A stretch of 49,891 nt of DNA, taken from assembly GCA_030589605.1 (NCBI GenBank), contig JAUUVJ010000001.1, forward strand, positions 1 through 49,891, read 5' to 3'. The notes under the pieces were generated by a model, which had not been told where the DNA came from, made no database searches, and saw only the letters and a program-made list of their open reading frames with translations. The position numbers were made by a program, and so were the translations under genes. The DNA is from Candidatus Hodarchaeota archaeon (GTDB lineage: Archaea; Asgardarchaeota; Heimdallarchaeia; Hodarchaeales; Hodarchaeaceae). Below, piece by piece: positions 37,166-45,840 of this stretch. Within the stretch, counting starts at the first letter, position 1, and every line of letters starts with the position of its first letter.

Positions 37166-37535
37166 AGTGATATTCTCCAAGATACAAAAGTGATTCCTTA
37201 AGAATTGGTTCAGCAGAGGTTGTTATTTTCATTCAAGATAAAATTCAAAGCGAGAACTTTCTGGTAGTCACCCTCATCTTTGTTTTAGGTTTATTTTTCT
37301 TGAAATTGTTTTTCAGTTTTATAGAAACTTAAAAAATAGGATCTATAATAGGGGAGATTTTCTAGCAACATACCATCAACCCAAACAATCCTGCAAGCAT
37401 TTTCGGAATCTAGGCAAGATATTGAAATCAGTTCAAAAAAAGGTTAAAAACGTTAGAATCAAGTAATCGTAGCAATATTTGCTATAAAATGGATATAAAT
37501 GTAAGATTGTTTAAACAATACACAAGTGATACGTA

Positions 37536-38717
37536 ATGAAAGATGATATTCAAAGATGCAATGTCTGTACATTGCCAATTACATGGGAAACTCTCTATTT
37601 TGACGATAATGGAGTTTGTAATATGTGCAAGCAATGGAAGACAAAATCAGAAGAAACTGATTGGGAAGAAAGGAAAAAATTGTTTATAAGTATCGTAGAG
37701 GAAGAGAAACGTAAACAAAAAGAGAAAAATAATCCCTATGATTGTATTGTTCCTTTTAGTGGAGGGAAAGACAGTACCTTTACTTTATATGAACTTGTTA
37801 GAAAATATAAATTGAGACCATTAGTAGTATCCTATGATCACTGGTCCTACCGTCCAAGAACTTATGATAATCGAAAACGAACTTTCAGGAGGCTTGGAGT
37901 GGATGTAATAACTTTTACTCCGAATTGGAGAATTGTTAAGAAATTGATGCTTGAAGCCTTGATAAGAAAAGGTGATTTTTGCTGGCACTGTCACGCAGGA
38001 GTTGTGTCCTATCCTATGCAAATAGCCATCAAATTTGATGTGCCCTTAGTAATATGGGGGGAAGGAGGGGGTGAATATGAAGCGTATTTCAAATTTGAAG
38101 ATCTGGAAGAAAATGATGAATGGAAGATGAATAGAAGAGTTTTTCTAGGTATGCGAGCTGTTGACTTGGCTGGCTTTATCGGGGAAGATGTAAGAGATCT
38201 ATCACCCTTTATTTATCCTCCAAAGGATGAACTGGAACGTGTTGGGGTAAAAAGTTTTCCTTTAGGAAAGTTTATCCCATGGAATCAGGAAAAGAATGCA
38301 GAGTTGATTCGTAAGGAGTTAGATTGGCAATACGATGAAGTGGAAAGCATGTATCCTGGTCAACTCACATTTGAAAAAGTTGAATGTGAGAGGCAGGGAA
38401 TTAGAGATTATGTTAAGTATCTCAAGAGGAATTTTTCTCGAATCACTCATCGAACTACAATTGACATTAAACAAGGCAGAATTAATCGTGAAAAGGCATT
38501 AGAGTTAATTAACAAATACGAAAGGAGGAAACCACATTCACTAAAACGCTTTTTAGAAATTCTGGGGTTAACAGAAGAGGAATTCAATGAAATCTGCCTA
38601 ATGCATGTAATAAAACCAGCAAAACGTCTAGATCCAAGCCTGTTTCCAGTTGGAGCAAAATTGTGGGATGAAGATTCATGGTTTAGAGATGAAGCATCCG
38701 AGGGGAAAAATATATGA
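37536..38717 (+). CDS. N-acetyl sugar amidotransferase (PP-loop; WbuX/PseA family), second copy
   Basis: The zinc ribbon is CNVCTLPITWETLYFDDNGVCNMC. The PP-loop is FSGGKDS, and CWHCHAG is present. Its stop overlaps the next start (ATGA). Confidence 0.8.
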   Translation: MKDDIQRCNVCTLPITWETLYFDDNGVCNMCKQWKTKSEETDWEERKKLFISIVEEEKRKQKEKNNPYDCIVPFSGGKDSTFTLYELVRKYKLRPLVVSYDHWSYRPRTYDNRKRTFRRLGVDVITFTPNWRIVKKLMLEALIRKGDFCWHCHAGVVSYPMQIAIKFDVPLVIWGEGGGEYEAYFKFEDLEENDEWKMNRRVFLGMRAVDLAGFIGEDVRDLSPFIYPPKDELERVGVKSFPLGKFIPWNQEKNAELIRKELDWQYDEVESMYPGQLTFEKVECERQGIRDYVKYLKRNFSRITHRTTIDIKQGRINREKALELINKYERRKPHSLKRFLEILGLTEEEFNEICLMHVIKPAKRLDPSLFPVGAKLWDEDSWFRDEASEGKNI

Positions 38718-39325
38718 GAATTGGTATCATTAATAATGGTTTAGGAAATGTAGGATCAGTCTTAAGTGCAATACGATTTTACAAATATAATGTAAGTCTT
38801 GTAGAAAAATCTAGAGACATTAAGGAATCTGATGTTTTAGTTTTAGCAGGAGTCGGCAATTTTAAAACAGCTGTATCCAAAATAAAGGAATATAAATTAT
38901 GGGATTTAATAGATGAGGAAGTCACTGAAAATAAGAAGCCTGTTTTAGGAATTTGCCTAGGAATGCAACTTTTTGCAAATAAAAGTTACGAAGATGGAGA
39001 AACCGATGGTTTTGGATGGATTTCAGGTGAAATAGTGAAAATAAAGGATAAATCAGTTAGAATTCCTCATATTGGATGGAATGAAGTGATTGGTTCTGAT
39101 AGACATATTTTTAATAACCTCAGATATAATTCCTTTTATTATATGCATTCTTATCATTTTCTACCAGAAGATAGGGAAGTGATTATCGCTATAACTAAGT
39201 ATGGTGATCTTGAAATAGTCGCTGCAGTAAAAAGCAGTAATATTGTTGGTGTACAATTTCATCCTGAAAAAAGTCAAGCTGACGGTTTAAGGTTATATAG
39301 AAATATTTTGGAAGGATTTAAATGA
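38714..39325 (+). CDS. Glutamine amidotransferase, HisH-like (WbuY-type partner of the amidotransferase)
   Basis: The triad context is GICLGMQ (Cys) and QFHPEKS (His/Glu). It has ATGA overlaps with both neighbours. Confidence 0.85.
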   Translation: MRIGIINNGLGNVGSVLSAIRFYKYNVSLVEKSRDIKESDVLVLAGVGNFKTAVSKIKEYKLWDLIDEEVTENKKPVLGICLGMQLFANKSYEDGETDGFGWISGEIVKIKDKSVRIPHIGWNEVIGSDRHIFNNLRYNSFYYMHSYHFLPEDREVIIAITKYGDLEIVAAVKSSNIVGVQFHPEKSQADGLRLYRNILEGFK

Positions 39326-40083
39326 TTTCAAAACGTATAATTCCGGTTTTCTTGTTAAAGGGGGAAAGGCTGGTTAAAGGGACGAATTTTACTGATTTTA
39401 TTGACGTGGGTGACCCAATATCCCAAGGAATGATATATGATGCGCAAGGAGCAGAGGAAATAATGATTGTAGATATAGAAGCTTCCTCTAATGACAGATT
39501 AATAGACACTTCGATTGTAAATTCAATGATTACAAAATGTCGATTACCTATAGGTGTTGGTGGAGGTGTAAAAAATCTTGAAGATGCAAGAAAATGTTTT
39601 GCTGCAGGAGGGGATAAAATAGTATTAAATTCATCTGCTATTCAAAATCCAAGTCTGATCAGAGAACTTGCTAATGAATTCGGCTCTCAATCCGTTCTGG
39701 TTTCAATTGATGTTAAAAAAAGTGAATGGGGAGAATACGATGTTTATATTTTCTCAGGGACGAAAAAGATTGACCAATCATTTGAAAAGGTTATAGATAC
39801 AATCATTAGTAATGATGCTGGCGAGATAATTTTAACTTCAATCGATCAGGAGGGAACTTTAGCAGGGTTTGATATTGACTTGTATAGAAAGGCTAGGGAA
39901 TTAATTCCAGTGCCTCTTATAGCTTCTGGAGGCGCTGGATGCTATGATGATATAGTGAAAGTTTTACATGAAACAGATGTAGATGCATGTGCAATCGGTA
40001 AGATGCTATTTTTAAGAGATTATGATATTGTAAGAATCAAATCTTATCTTTGGGGGGAAAAAATTCCCATCAGAGACTCATAG
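39322..40083 (+). CDS. Imidazole glycerol phosphate synthase cyclase subunit HisF-like (WbuZ-type)
   Basis: RIIPVFLLKGERLVKG, the GGGV and SGGAG phosphate-binding loops, and a TIM-barrel-sized product are present. Confidence 0.85.
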   Translation: MISKRIIPVFLLKGERLVKGTNFTDFIDVGDPISQGMIYDAQGAEEIMIVDIEASSNDRLIDTSIVNSMITKCRLPIGVGGGVKNLEDARKCFAAGGDKIVLNSSAIQNPSLIRELANEFGSQSVLVSIDVKKSEWGEYDVYIFSGTKKIDQSFEKVIDTIISNDAGEIILTSIDQEGTLAGFDIDLYRKARELIPVPLIASGGAGCYDDIVKVLHETDVDACAIGKMLFLRDYDIVRIKSYLWGEKIPIRDS

Positions 40084-40177
40084 GAAGTGAATTATCACCC
40101 CACAAGTAATAAAATTAACAAAGATTTAACTATTCTCTTTTAAAATAATTCTACTTTTTCAAACTTAGTGTATACTG

Positions 40178-41635
40178 CTAATCATCTGCATGAAAGTTGA
40201 TTAACTCATCAATTTTTTCATAAATATTACTTAATGCGTCCTTTTTGAAGAAGAAATCAGGATTGACCGTTTGAAAATCTTTATCTTTCGCTATGGCCTC
40301 TTCCAACTCATCAACGGACGAAATTAGTTTAGCTGCTCCATTTTCGATTAAAAAATCCATATACTCTACTCCAAGCATCTTAACAATATAGGTTTTCAAT
40401 CTAAAACTCAATCCCTCATAAATAGCGGTTGAACTAATACCTATCTGAATCTTTGATTCTGCAAATAATTGATGAAGCGAAATATCTTCCTTATCAATTA
40501 CATGAATATTTGAATTGACTAACCATGGATAATTGTTTTTCCATTGATGATATTCCCCAGGATGTAACTTATAGATGATTGTGTTATTTTGGTGCGTTTT
40601 TTCACTAAATTCTACTGCAAATTTGGTTAAAGCTTTACTTAGCGGATATCCTGGAGAAATGAAAAGGATTTGATCCTTCTTTGGAACATTCTTATATTTT
40701 GCAAGCTCTTTCTCAAGATATGGATACCCAACAGAAAAAATTCTTTCTTTTTCGACTGGAAACTCTATTGAATCCCTCCAGAAGTTACCAAAAGCGAAAA
40801 AATAATCTACAAAGGAGCGTTTCTTTCTTTGTTGTCCTGGAAAGGAATAACCAAAATGATAGGGATTTAACACTCCGTGTTGCAGTTCAACAACGGGGAT
40901 ATTCATTTTTTTGCTTGCTTCACAAAGCGCTTCAGTCAGAGGAGTATAACTAATTACTAAGATTACAAGTTTAGGCTGGACTCTTTTCAATAATCTCTTG
41001 AAAAAAGGTACAAAATTTCTCCGAGTCAATATTAATTTCAGTATTAGATTTTCCACATCATATTCTGTATTGAAAGATGAATAAATCTCATCATTAATTC
41101 TCTTTACTAGTTTCTTTTCGTCATCCGTTAAAGAAATTCTCACCAATCCTAATTTTCTTCGTAAAAAAGACAAAAAAACAAAGATATCTAAATACTTAAT
41201 ACTCTGTGTTTTAGGAGGAGTCAAATGTTTATGCAGATAGTAGGGCTCAACTAGCAGGTATGATTTATCTAGGTTCTCAATAATTGGATCACAATAAATA
41301 TCCCACCAGTTTCCGTCTTCTAATAATCTACGTCGAGAATGGCCCAGAAAAAGGATGTCCTTTTGCGTAGAAAGGTATGGATTTTTAGTAAGCAGGTTTT
41401 TTATTGAACGAATTCCAATTTTTACAATATCAACAGAATTATTTTTCTTTTGGGGAACAGATTGATCAGAAGTGTAAGTTACTTGCGAAATATCTTGAAA
41501 AACCAATACTCTGATGCTTTCCCAAAAAATAACATTATCAATCTTTTTGTTAAACAGATCTAACTTATCTTCCATCCTAAGAAACTTATCTTTGATTTTT
41601 TCTAGACCCATTTCCTGTGTTGACATCCGTACCAT
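40178..41635 (-). CDS. Uncharacterised GT-B-like protein with EDG and HP motifs (candidate nonulosonate or CDP/CMP-donor transferase)
   Basis: 485 aa. It has LLEDGNWWD (codons at 41312-41320), ELQHGV, IIYKLHPGEY (HP at 40559-40564), and a C-terminal LFAESKIQIGISSTAIYEGL block typical of GT-B C-domains. Confidence 0.35.
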   Translation of the reverse strand: MVRMSTQEMGLEKIKDKFLRMEDKLDLFNKKIDNVIFWESIRVLVFQDISQVTYTSDQSVPQKKNNSVDIVKIGIRSIKNLLTKNPYLSTQKDILFLGHSRRRLLEDGNWWDIYCDPIIENLDKSYLLVEPYYLHKHLTPPKTQSIKYLDIFVFLSFLRRKLGLVRISLTDDEKKLVKRINDEIYSSFNTEYDVENLILKLILTRRNFVPFFKRLLKRVQPKLVILVISYTPLTEALCEASKKMNIPVVELQHGVLNPYHFGYSFPGQQRKKRSFVDYFFAFGNFWRDSIEFPVEKERIFSVGYPYLEKELAKYKNVPKKDQILFISPGYPLSKALTKFAVEFSEKTHQNNTIIYKLHPGEYHQWKNNYPWLVNSNIHVIDKEDISLHQLFAESKIQIGISSTAIYEGLSFRLKTYIVKMLGVEYMDFLIENGAAKLISSVDELEEAIAKDKDFQTVNPDFFFKKDALSNIYEKIDELINFHADD

Positions 41636-41746
41636 CTTTATTTATCCATTAAGCAAGTGTTATCATTCATGTTTCAATTATATTATAGTTCTTAATATTA
41701 ACTTCCCTTTAGAAAGTAATATTAATACTCTCGTTATCTGACCCCT

Positions 41747-43222
41747 TTATCTTCCCTTCTTAGTGACAACTTCTTGAAAAAGATGAAGGAAGGGGCGAAT
41801 TTCATCGATTTTAATAGATTTACTAACAAAGACTAACAAGATAAAAAGAGGAACGGGAACCAGAAAAGCCCATTCAAAGCTCAAAAAGGAAGTTTTTTCA
41901 CACAAATATCCTATTAGAAACGATGTGAATAGGGAAAAACCGATGAAAAATAGTTTATTGAATTCATAATCAAAATAGAACAATTTTTGAGAACGAGGGA
42001 GAAGGAATATTGTTTTTAGTATGCTAAACAAGCATAAAGATATCGGTACACCAATTAATCCTAAGGTCGGTATTAGAATGAACATTATAGGAAATGTTAT
42101 AGCAATCGCTATCCCTTTTCGGATTTCTAATAACGCCGTCTTTTTCTGCAATAAGTAAGGTACTGTAATGTAACCACTAAGAATTTCAAGGATAGTAGCA
42201 AGGAAAAGAAATGGTAATAAGGTATATACTTGAGCGAATGAGCTATTTGAGATTATTATAATTAGAATATGAGAAAAAGCGAATAAACCAAAGGATATTA
42301 TTACTATAAAAGTAATATAGATTCTTATCCATTTTGGGACAAATTTTCTTAGAATTGAATGTTGTTGATTATCAAAGAAATCATAGAACATCGGAGTAAT
42401 TGATGTTCCCATTCCATATATTACGAGATCCAAGATTCTTTTAATTGAAAGAGCAATTGTATAAATACCGACTGATTCGGGACCAAGGAAATTATAGATC
42501 AAAAGAACTAGAACTAGTTCATAAAACCTCCACATAAAAATTGTAATTGCAGTGGGTCCTGAAAAATTAAAAATATCCTGAAAACTCCTTCGCGAAAACC
42601 TTCCAATACCAAATCTATTTGCTGAATATAAAAGTAAATAAAAACAAGTGATAATCTCTCCAAGTAAAATGCCAAATATAACATTTAATATAGTCCATCC
42701 ATACAGTACTGATATTAATGTTGCTAAAAATAGTTTTAAATAATATGGAAGGACGTTAGATGCCATTAAACCAGCAGAAGATTGGAGGCCAACGAATAAC
42801 GCGAAATATACGTAAATAATCAGTCGAAGATAGGTAATTATTAGAATTATGATCAAAATAAGGAGATAATTAGATATTTGAATTAACTGTATGCCAGAGA
42901 AAAATAGAATGAAAAATACTATGAATAATCCAACGTTTAATACAGAAAAAATTATTAGAGCAGTCATTATTAAGTTTTTCAGGGATTCATGTTTTCGTGC
43001 TAAACGAATGATCGAGTCTGCGATTCCTAATGTGAACATATTTGAAATTGTGGCAGTGACTGATAGGATAGTTGAAAGAACTCCAAATTCAGCTAATTCA
43101 AACGCATTACTAAACAATTTATTTTGAAAAAAACTTGAGAAGTTAATTAGAAATTGTGCGACAAGTACAATAATAGCAAATGAGGTTGCTCTACGCAATG
43201 TATTTTTGACTTGTTGATCCAA
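41747..43222 (-). CDS. Wzx-type oligosaccharide flippase (MOP superfamily polysaccharide biosynthesis protein)
   Basis: 491 aa and very hydrophobic, with about 12-14 TM helices. The size and locus context are typical of Wzx. Confidence 0.65.
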   Translation of the reverse strand: MDQQVKNTLRRATSFAIIVLVAQFLINFSSFFQNKLFSNAFELAEFGVLSTILSVTATISNMFTLGIADSIIRLARKHESLKNLIMTALIIFSVLNVGLFIVFFILFFSGIQLIQISNYLLILIIILIITYLRLIIYVYFALFVGLQSSAGLMASNVLPYYLKLFLATLISVLYGWTILNVIFGILLGEIITCFYLLLYSANRFGIGRFSRRSFQDIFNFSGPTAITIFMWRFYELVLVLLIYNFLGPESVGIYTIALSIKRILDLVIYGMGTSITPMFYDFFDNQQHSILRKFVPKWIRIYITFIVIISFGLFAFSHILIIIISNSSFAQVYTLLPFLFLATILEILSGYITVPYLLQKKTALLEIRKGIAIAITFPIMFILIPTLGLIGVPISLCLFSILKTIFLLPRSQKLFYFDYEFNKLFFIGFSLFTSFLIGYLCEKTSFLSFEWAFLVPVPLFILLVFVSKSIKIDEIRPFLHLFQEVVTKKGR

Positions 43223-43541
43223 AGTTCTTCCTCTTTATCGACTGTCTTCTCTTATCGAATTTAACATAGCTATTTTTGATATTTTCTGTTTCAAAGCATA
43301 TTTGGTGAAACTTTTGTATTTAATCAATTTTTTGACATTAGTTATTCTTTAGTACTGAGTTACCCATACCAAAACAAGAGTAAATCTCTTCGCTAGTGAT
43401 CATAATTCTGACAAGTTTTTTTAACATCTCGTCTTTAGAGAAAAATACTCCTTAACGAAGGGGTAAAGACTCCTACAATAGTCATTATTGGTAATAATTC
43501 TTGTGATTACTCAAAGGGATTGTTTTTGAACTTATATTTAG

Positions 43542-45356
43542 TTAAATCTCTTGGACGTCTGATATACTGTTTATTTTTACTGAATAGAAAAACACGTAAA
43601 GAGCGAAGATTAGTATAAATATGAAAGCAGCGAGATAAACGATTTGATCGAAGCTAGTTGCAAGATTTTCATAGGGAAGCCGATAAGGTTGGTCTGGAAA
43701 AATATCTAATAAGTTTTGCACAGAGCGGCCTTGAACATAATACCAGTAATCTTCCATTTGCTTCAAGGTATGAAAGACTGCCCAACCAATCCAAATACTG
43801 AAGTAAAAAAACCTATATTTAGATTGCACCTGGAGAACTCCATAAAAAATAATAAAAAAGAGAGGAAGAATCGTTGCGAGATATCTTTCCTGTCTCGAGT
43901 AGTAGAATGAGAGAAAAATAATATTTGCTGCAAAAATCACAAACAACCATGTTACAATTTTTAGATCTATTGCATTGTTCAATTCTTTTCTTTTAATCTT
44001 AGTTTTAATCTTAGGCAATAATAAAATAGCAAAAATTGCATAAAAAACCAGTGAAAAGAAACTCCAGTACCCAATCAACAACCAAGAAACATAACGACCC
44101 AATCCTGAAATAATGGTCTGATTAAAAGGAGATGTTAGATCAAGACTATTTATTATACTCTCCAAGAATAACCCGGTTTGTATGGAATGGAGAGGGCTGC
44201 CAAATAACACTAGCATTCGAATTCCCCAAGGAAGAAAAGTAATAAAACCCCCTAATATCATATATCCAATGGATTTAAATTTCTTTGAAATCGTACCTTG
44301 TTGAGATGACGTTAAGATGATAATGAGAACGAAAACTGCGAAGATTGCTTGAGAACCGCGTGCTAGATAGGAAATTCCCAAGAGGATTCCAATTGTAAAA
44401 AATTGCCATTCTTTTTTCGCGTCAAAAACCAAAGAGATAATTAATACTGTCAATAGGGTGAGAAAACCATCCTGAAGGTTTAGGCTTGAGACGATCATTA
44501 TCCAAGGAGAAGATAATAAGATTAATGAAATTAATACGGCCTCTTGTAGACTCAGTCGCCGTTTTGTAATTTTATTGGCTAGGGGTATAAAAGCAAATGG
44601 TAAAATCAACCATGAAGCAAAACTTAAGCTTTTAAGCCCATCGATGGGACTATTTGAGAAACTTGTACCAATTATCCCGAACACAGCATAACCAGGAGAA
44701 TATATAATTGCAGAATGTTCTAAAACATCTAAAACTTCGGTGTTCCATATCCAATCGCCTGAGAAAGCAACGCTGATGCTCGCTGCATGTTTAATACCAT
44801 CTGAATACTCTACCTTCAGCATTGTGTACAGAAAAATTTGTATGATTAATAATACAATAAAAACAATCACAAGTACTAGTAAACTTCTGGAGAAATTCGC
44901 TTTAGAAATCTGTATTTTCTCTCCAATTTGCCTTTCTCTCAATAAAACTGCAGCTAGAAGAATTACTGTTACAAAACACAATACTACTGCATTGAGAGTC
45001 GATATTAAAGGTATATTTAAAAATAAATAATAAAATAATACGAGGAATGGGAAACAAATTCCAATTGCTGTTCCCCATAAAATTTTGAATTCAAAAGGCT
45101 TTTGTCTACAAATTAAATGCAAAAATAAAATTCCATCTGCAATTACAAATAAATATGGTACACTGGATAGAATTCCTGATAATAAGATTGTAATATCTAT
45201 TGTTGGATCTAAATTCTGAATAAAAAATCCATTCAGAATAATTGTTAGAAATCCATTAAACGGCAAGAGAGCAAAAACGGTCAATACAAGAACCAAAGCC
45301 AAATGATTATCCGAAAAATAATTATAAACTCTTTCGAAATGAACAGAAAAACCCAT
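43542..45356 (-). CDS. Polytopic membrane protein, GT-C fold glycosyltransferase (ArnT/PMT_2-like) candidate
   Basis: 604 aa with at least 13 TM helices. It has an acidic first-loop region VEYSDGIKH...GDWIWNTE, plus YLARGSQ and SRQERYLATILPLFFI blocks reminiscent of the PMT_2/ArnT family. There is no WWDYG-type oligosaccharyltransferase motif. Confidence 0.45.
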   Translation of the reverse strand: MGFSVHFERVYNYFSDNHLALVLVLTVFALLPFNGFLTIILNGFFIQNLDPTIDITILLSGILSSVPYLFVIADGILFLHLICRQKPFEFKILWGTAIGICFPFLVLFYYLFLNIPLISTLNAVVLCFVTVILLAAVLLRERQIGEKIQISKANFSRSLLVLVIVFIVLLIIQIFLYTMLKVEYSDGIKHAASISVAFSGDWIWNTEVLDVLEHSAIIYSPGYAVFGIIGTSFSNSPIDGLKSLSFASWLILPFAFIPLANKITKRRLSLQEAVLISLILLSSPWIMIVSSLNLQDGFLTLLTVLIISLVFDAKKEWQFFTIGILLGISYLARGSQAIFAVFVLIIILTSSQQGTISKKFKSIGYMILGGFITFLPWGIRMLVLFGSPLHSIQTGLFLESIINSLDLTSPFNQTIISGLGRYVSWLLIGYWSFFSLVFYAIFAILLLPKIKTKIKRKELNNAIDLKIVTWLFVIFAANIIFLSFYYSRQERYLATILPLFFIIFYGVLQVQSKYRFFYFSIWIGWAVFHTLKQMEDYWYYVQGRSVQNLLDIFPDQPYRLPYENLATSFDQIVYLAAFIFILIFALYVFFYSVKINSISDVQEI

Positions 45357-45520
45357 AACAAAACCTTCTTCTCAGTAGAAGCCTTTTAGATTGCAATCAG
45401 CAAGATTACAAAGAAGATTAAAAACCTCATCTTCCTCCTTAATAGATCCTAGATTTGAAGCTATTTGATTCTAACTGAGTTCACGAAGCATTTCAAATTA
45501 TAGAAAATGGAGATTTTTTG

Positions 45521-45565
45521 CATTTCAGGGCTAGAACGGGAACACCTCACACGAGCCCTGAATGA
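45521..45565. other. GC-rich hairpin: TTCAGGGCT (45524-45532) / AGCCCTGAA (45554-45562), 21-nt loop
   Basis: Perfect 9-bp inverted repeat read from the sequence, flanked by CAT/ATG. It is locally GC-rich within an AT-rich spacer. Confidence 0.4.
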
Positions 45566-45624
45566 GGAATAATCCTTGCCTAACAACGGTAGAATTTCCG
45601 AGTTTAACCTATTCCTTTGGATAT

Positions 45625-45643
45625 TATATATATATATATATAT
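45625..45643. repeat. (TA)9 dinucleotide microsatellite
   Basis: tatatatatatatatatat is read directly from the sequence. It lies about 270-290 bp upstream of the GT-C gene start on the minus strand. Confidence 0.9.
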
Positions 45644-45663
45644 TATACAAAATAATTCTTAGA

Positions 45664-45811
45664 TTATCTCCTCGTATAGGGTTAATAATATACTTTCTAT
45701 TGATTCCCATGTTACTTCAGGTGCTAACTTGACTTCTACCTTTTCAATTGATTTTCTTACTTTGGATTTTTCAATTAAGTAGTCAAACTTATTTGCAATA
45801 TCAGAAGACAC
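45664..45811 (-). pseudogene. Possible relic of a GT4-type glycosyltransferase C-terminus
   Basis: An open frame without an ATG encodes ...SSDIANKFDYLIEKSKVRKSIEKVEVKLAPEVTWESIESILLTLYEEII*. This has the usual GT4 C-terminal pattern (helix, ..W(E/D).., ..LY). It overlaps the wecB 3' end in another frame. Confidence 0.25.
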
Positions 45812-45840
45812 ATGACTGCTTAAACCTATTTTTGCCTGTT

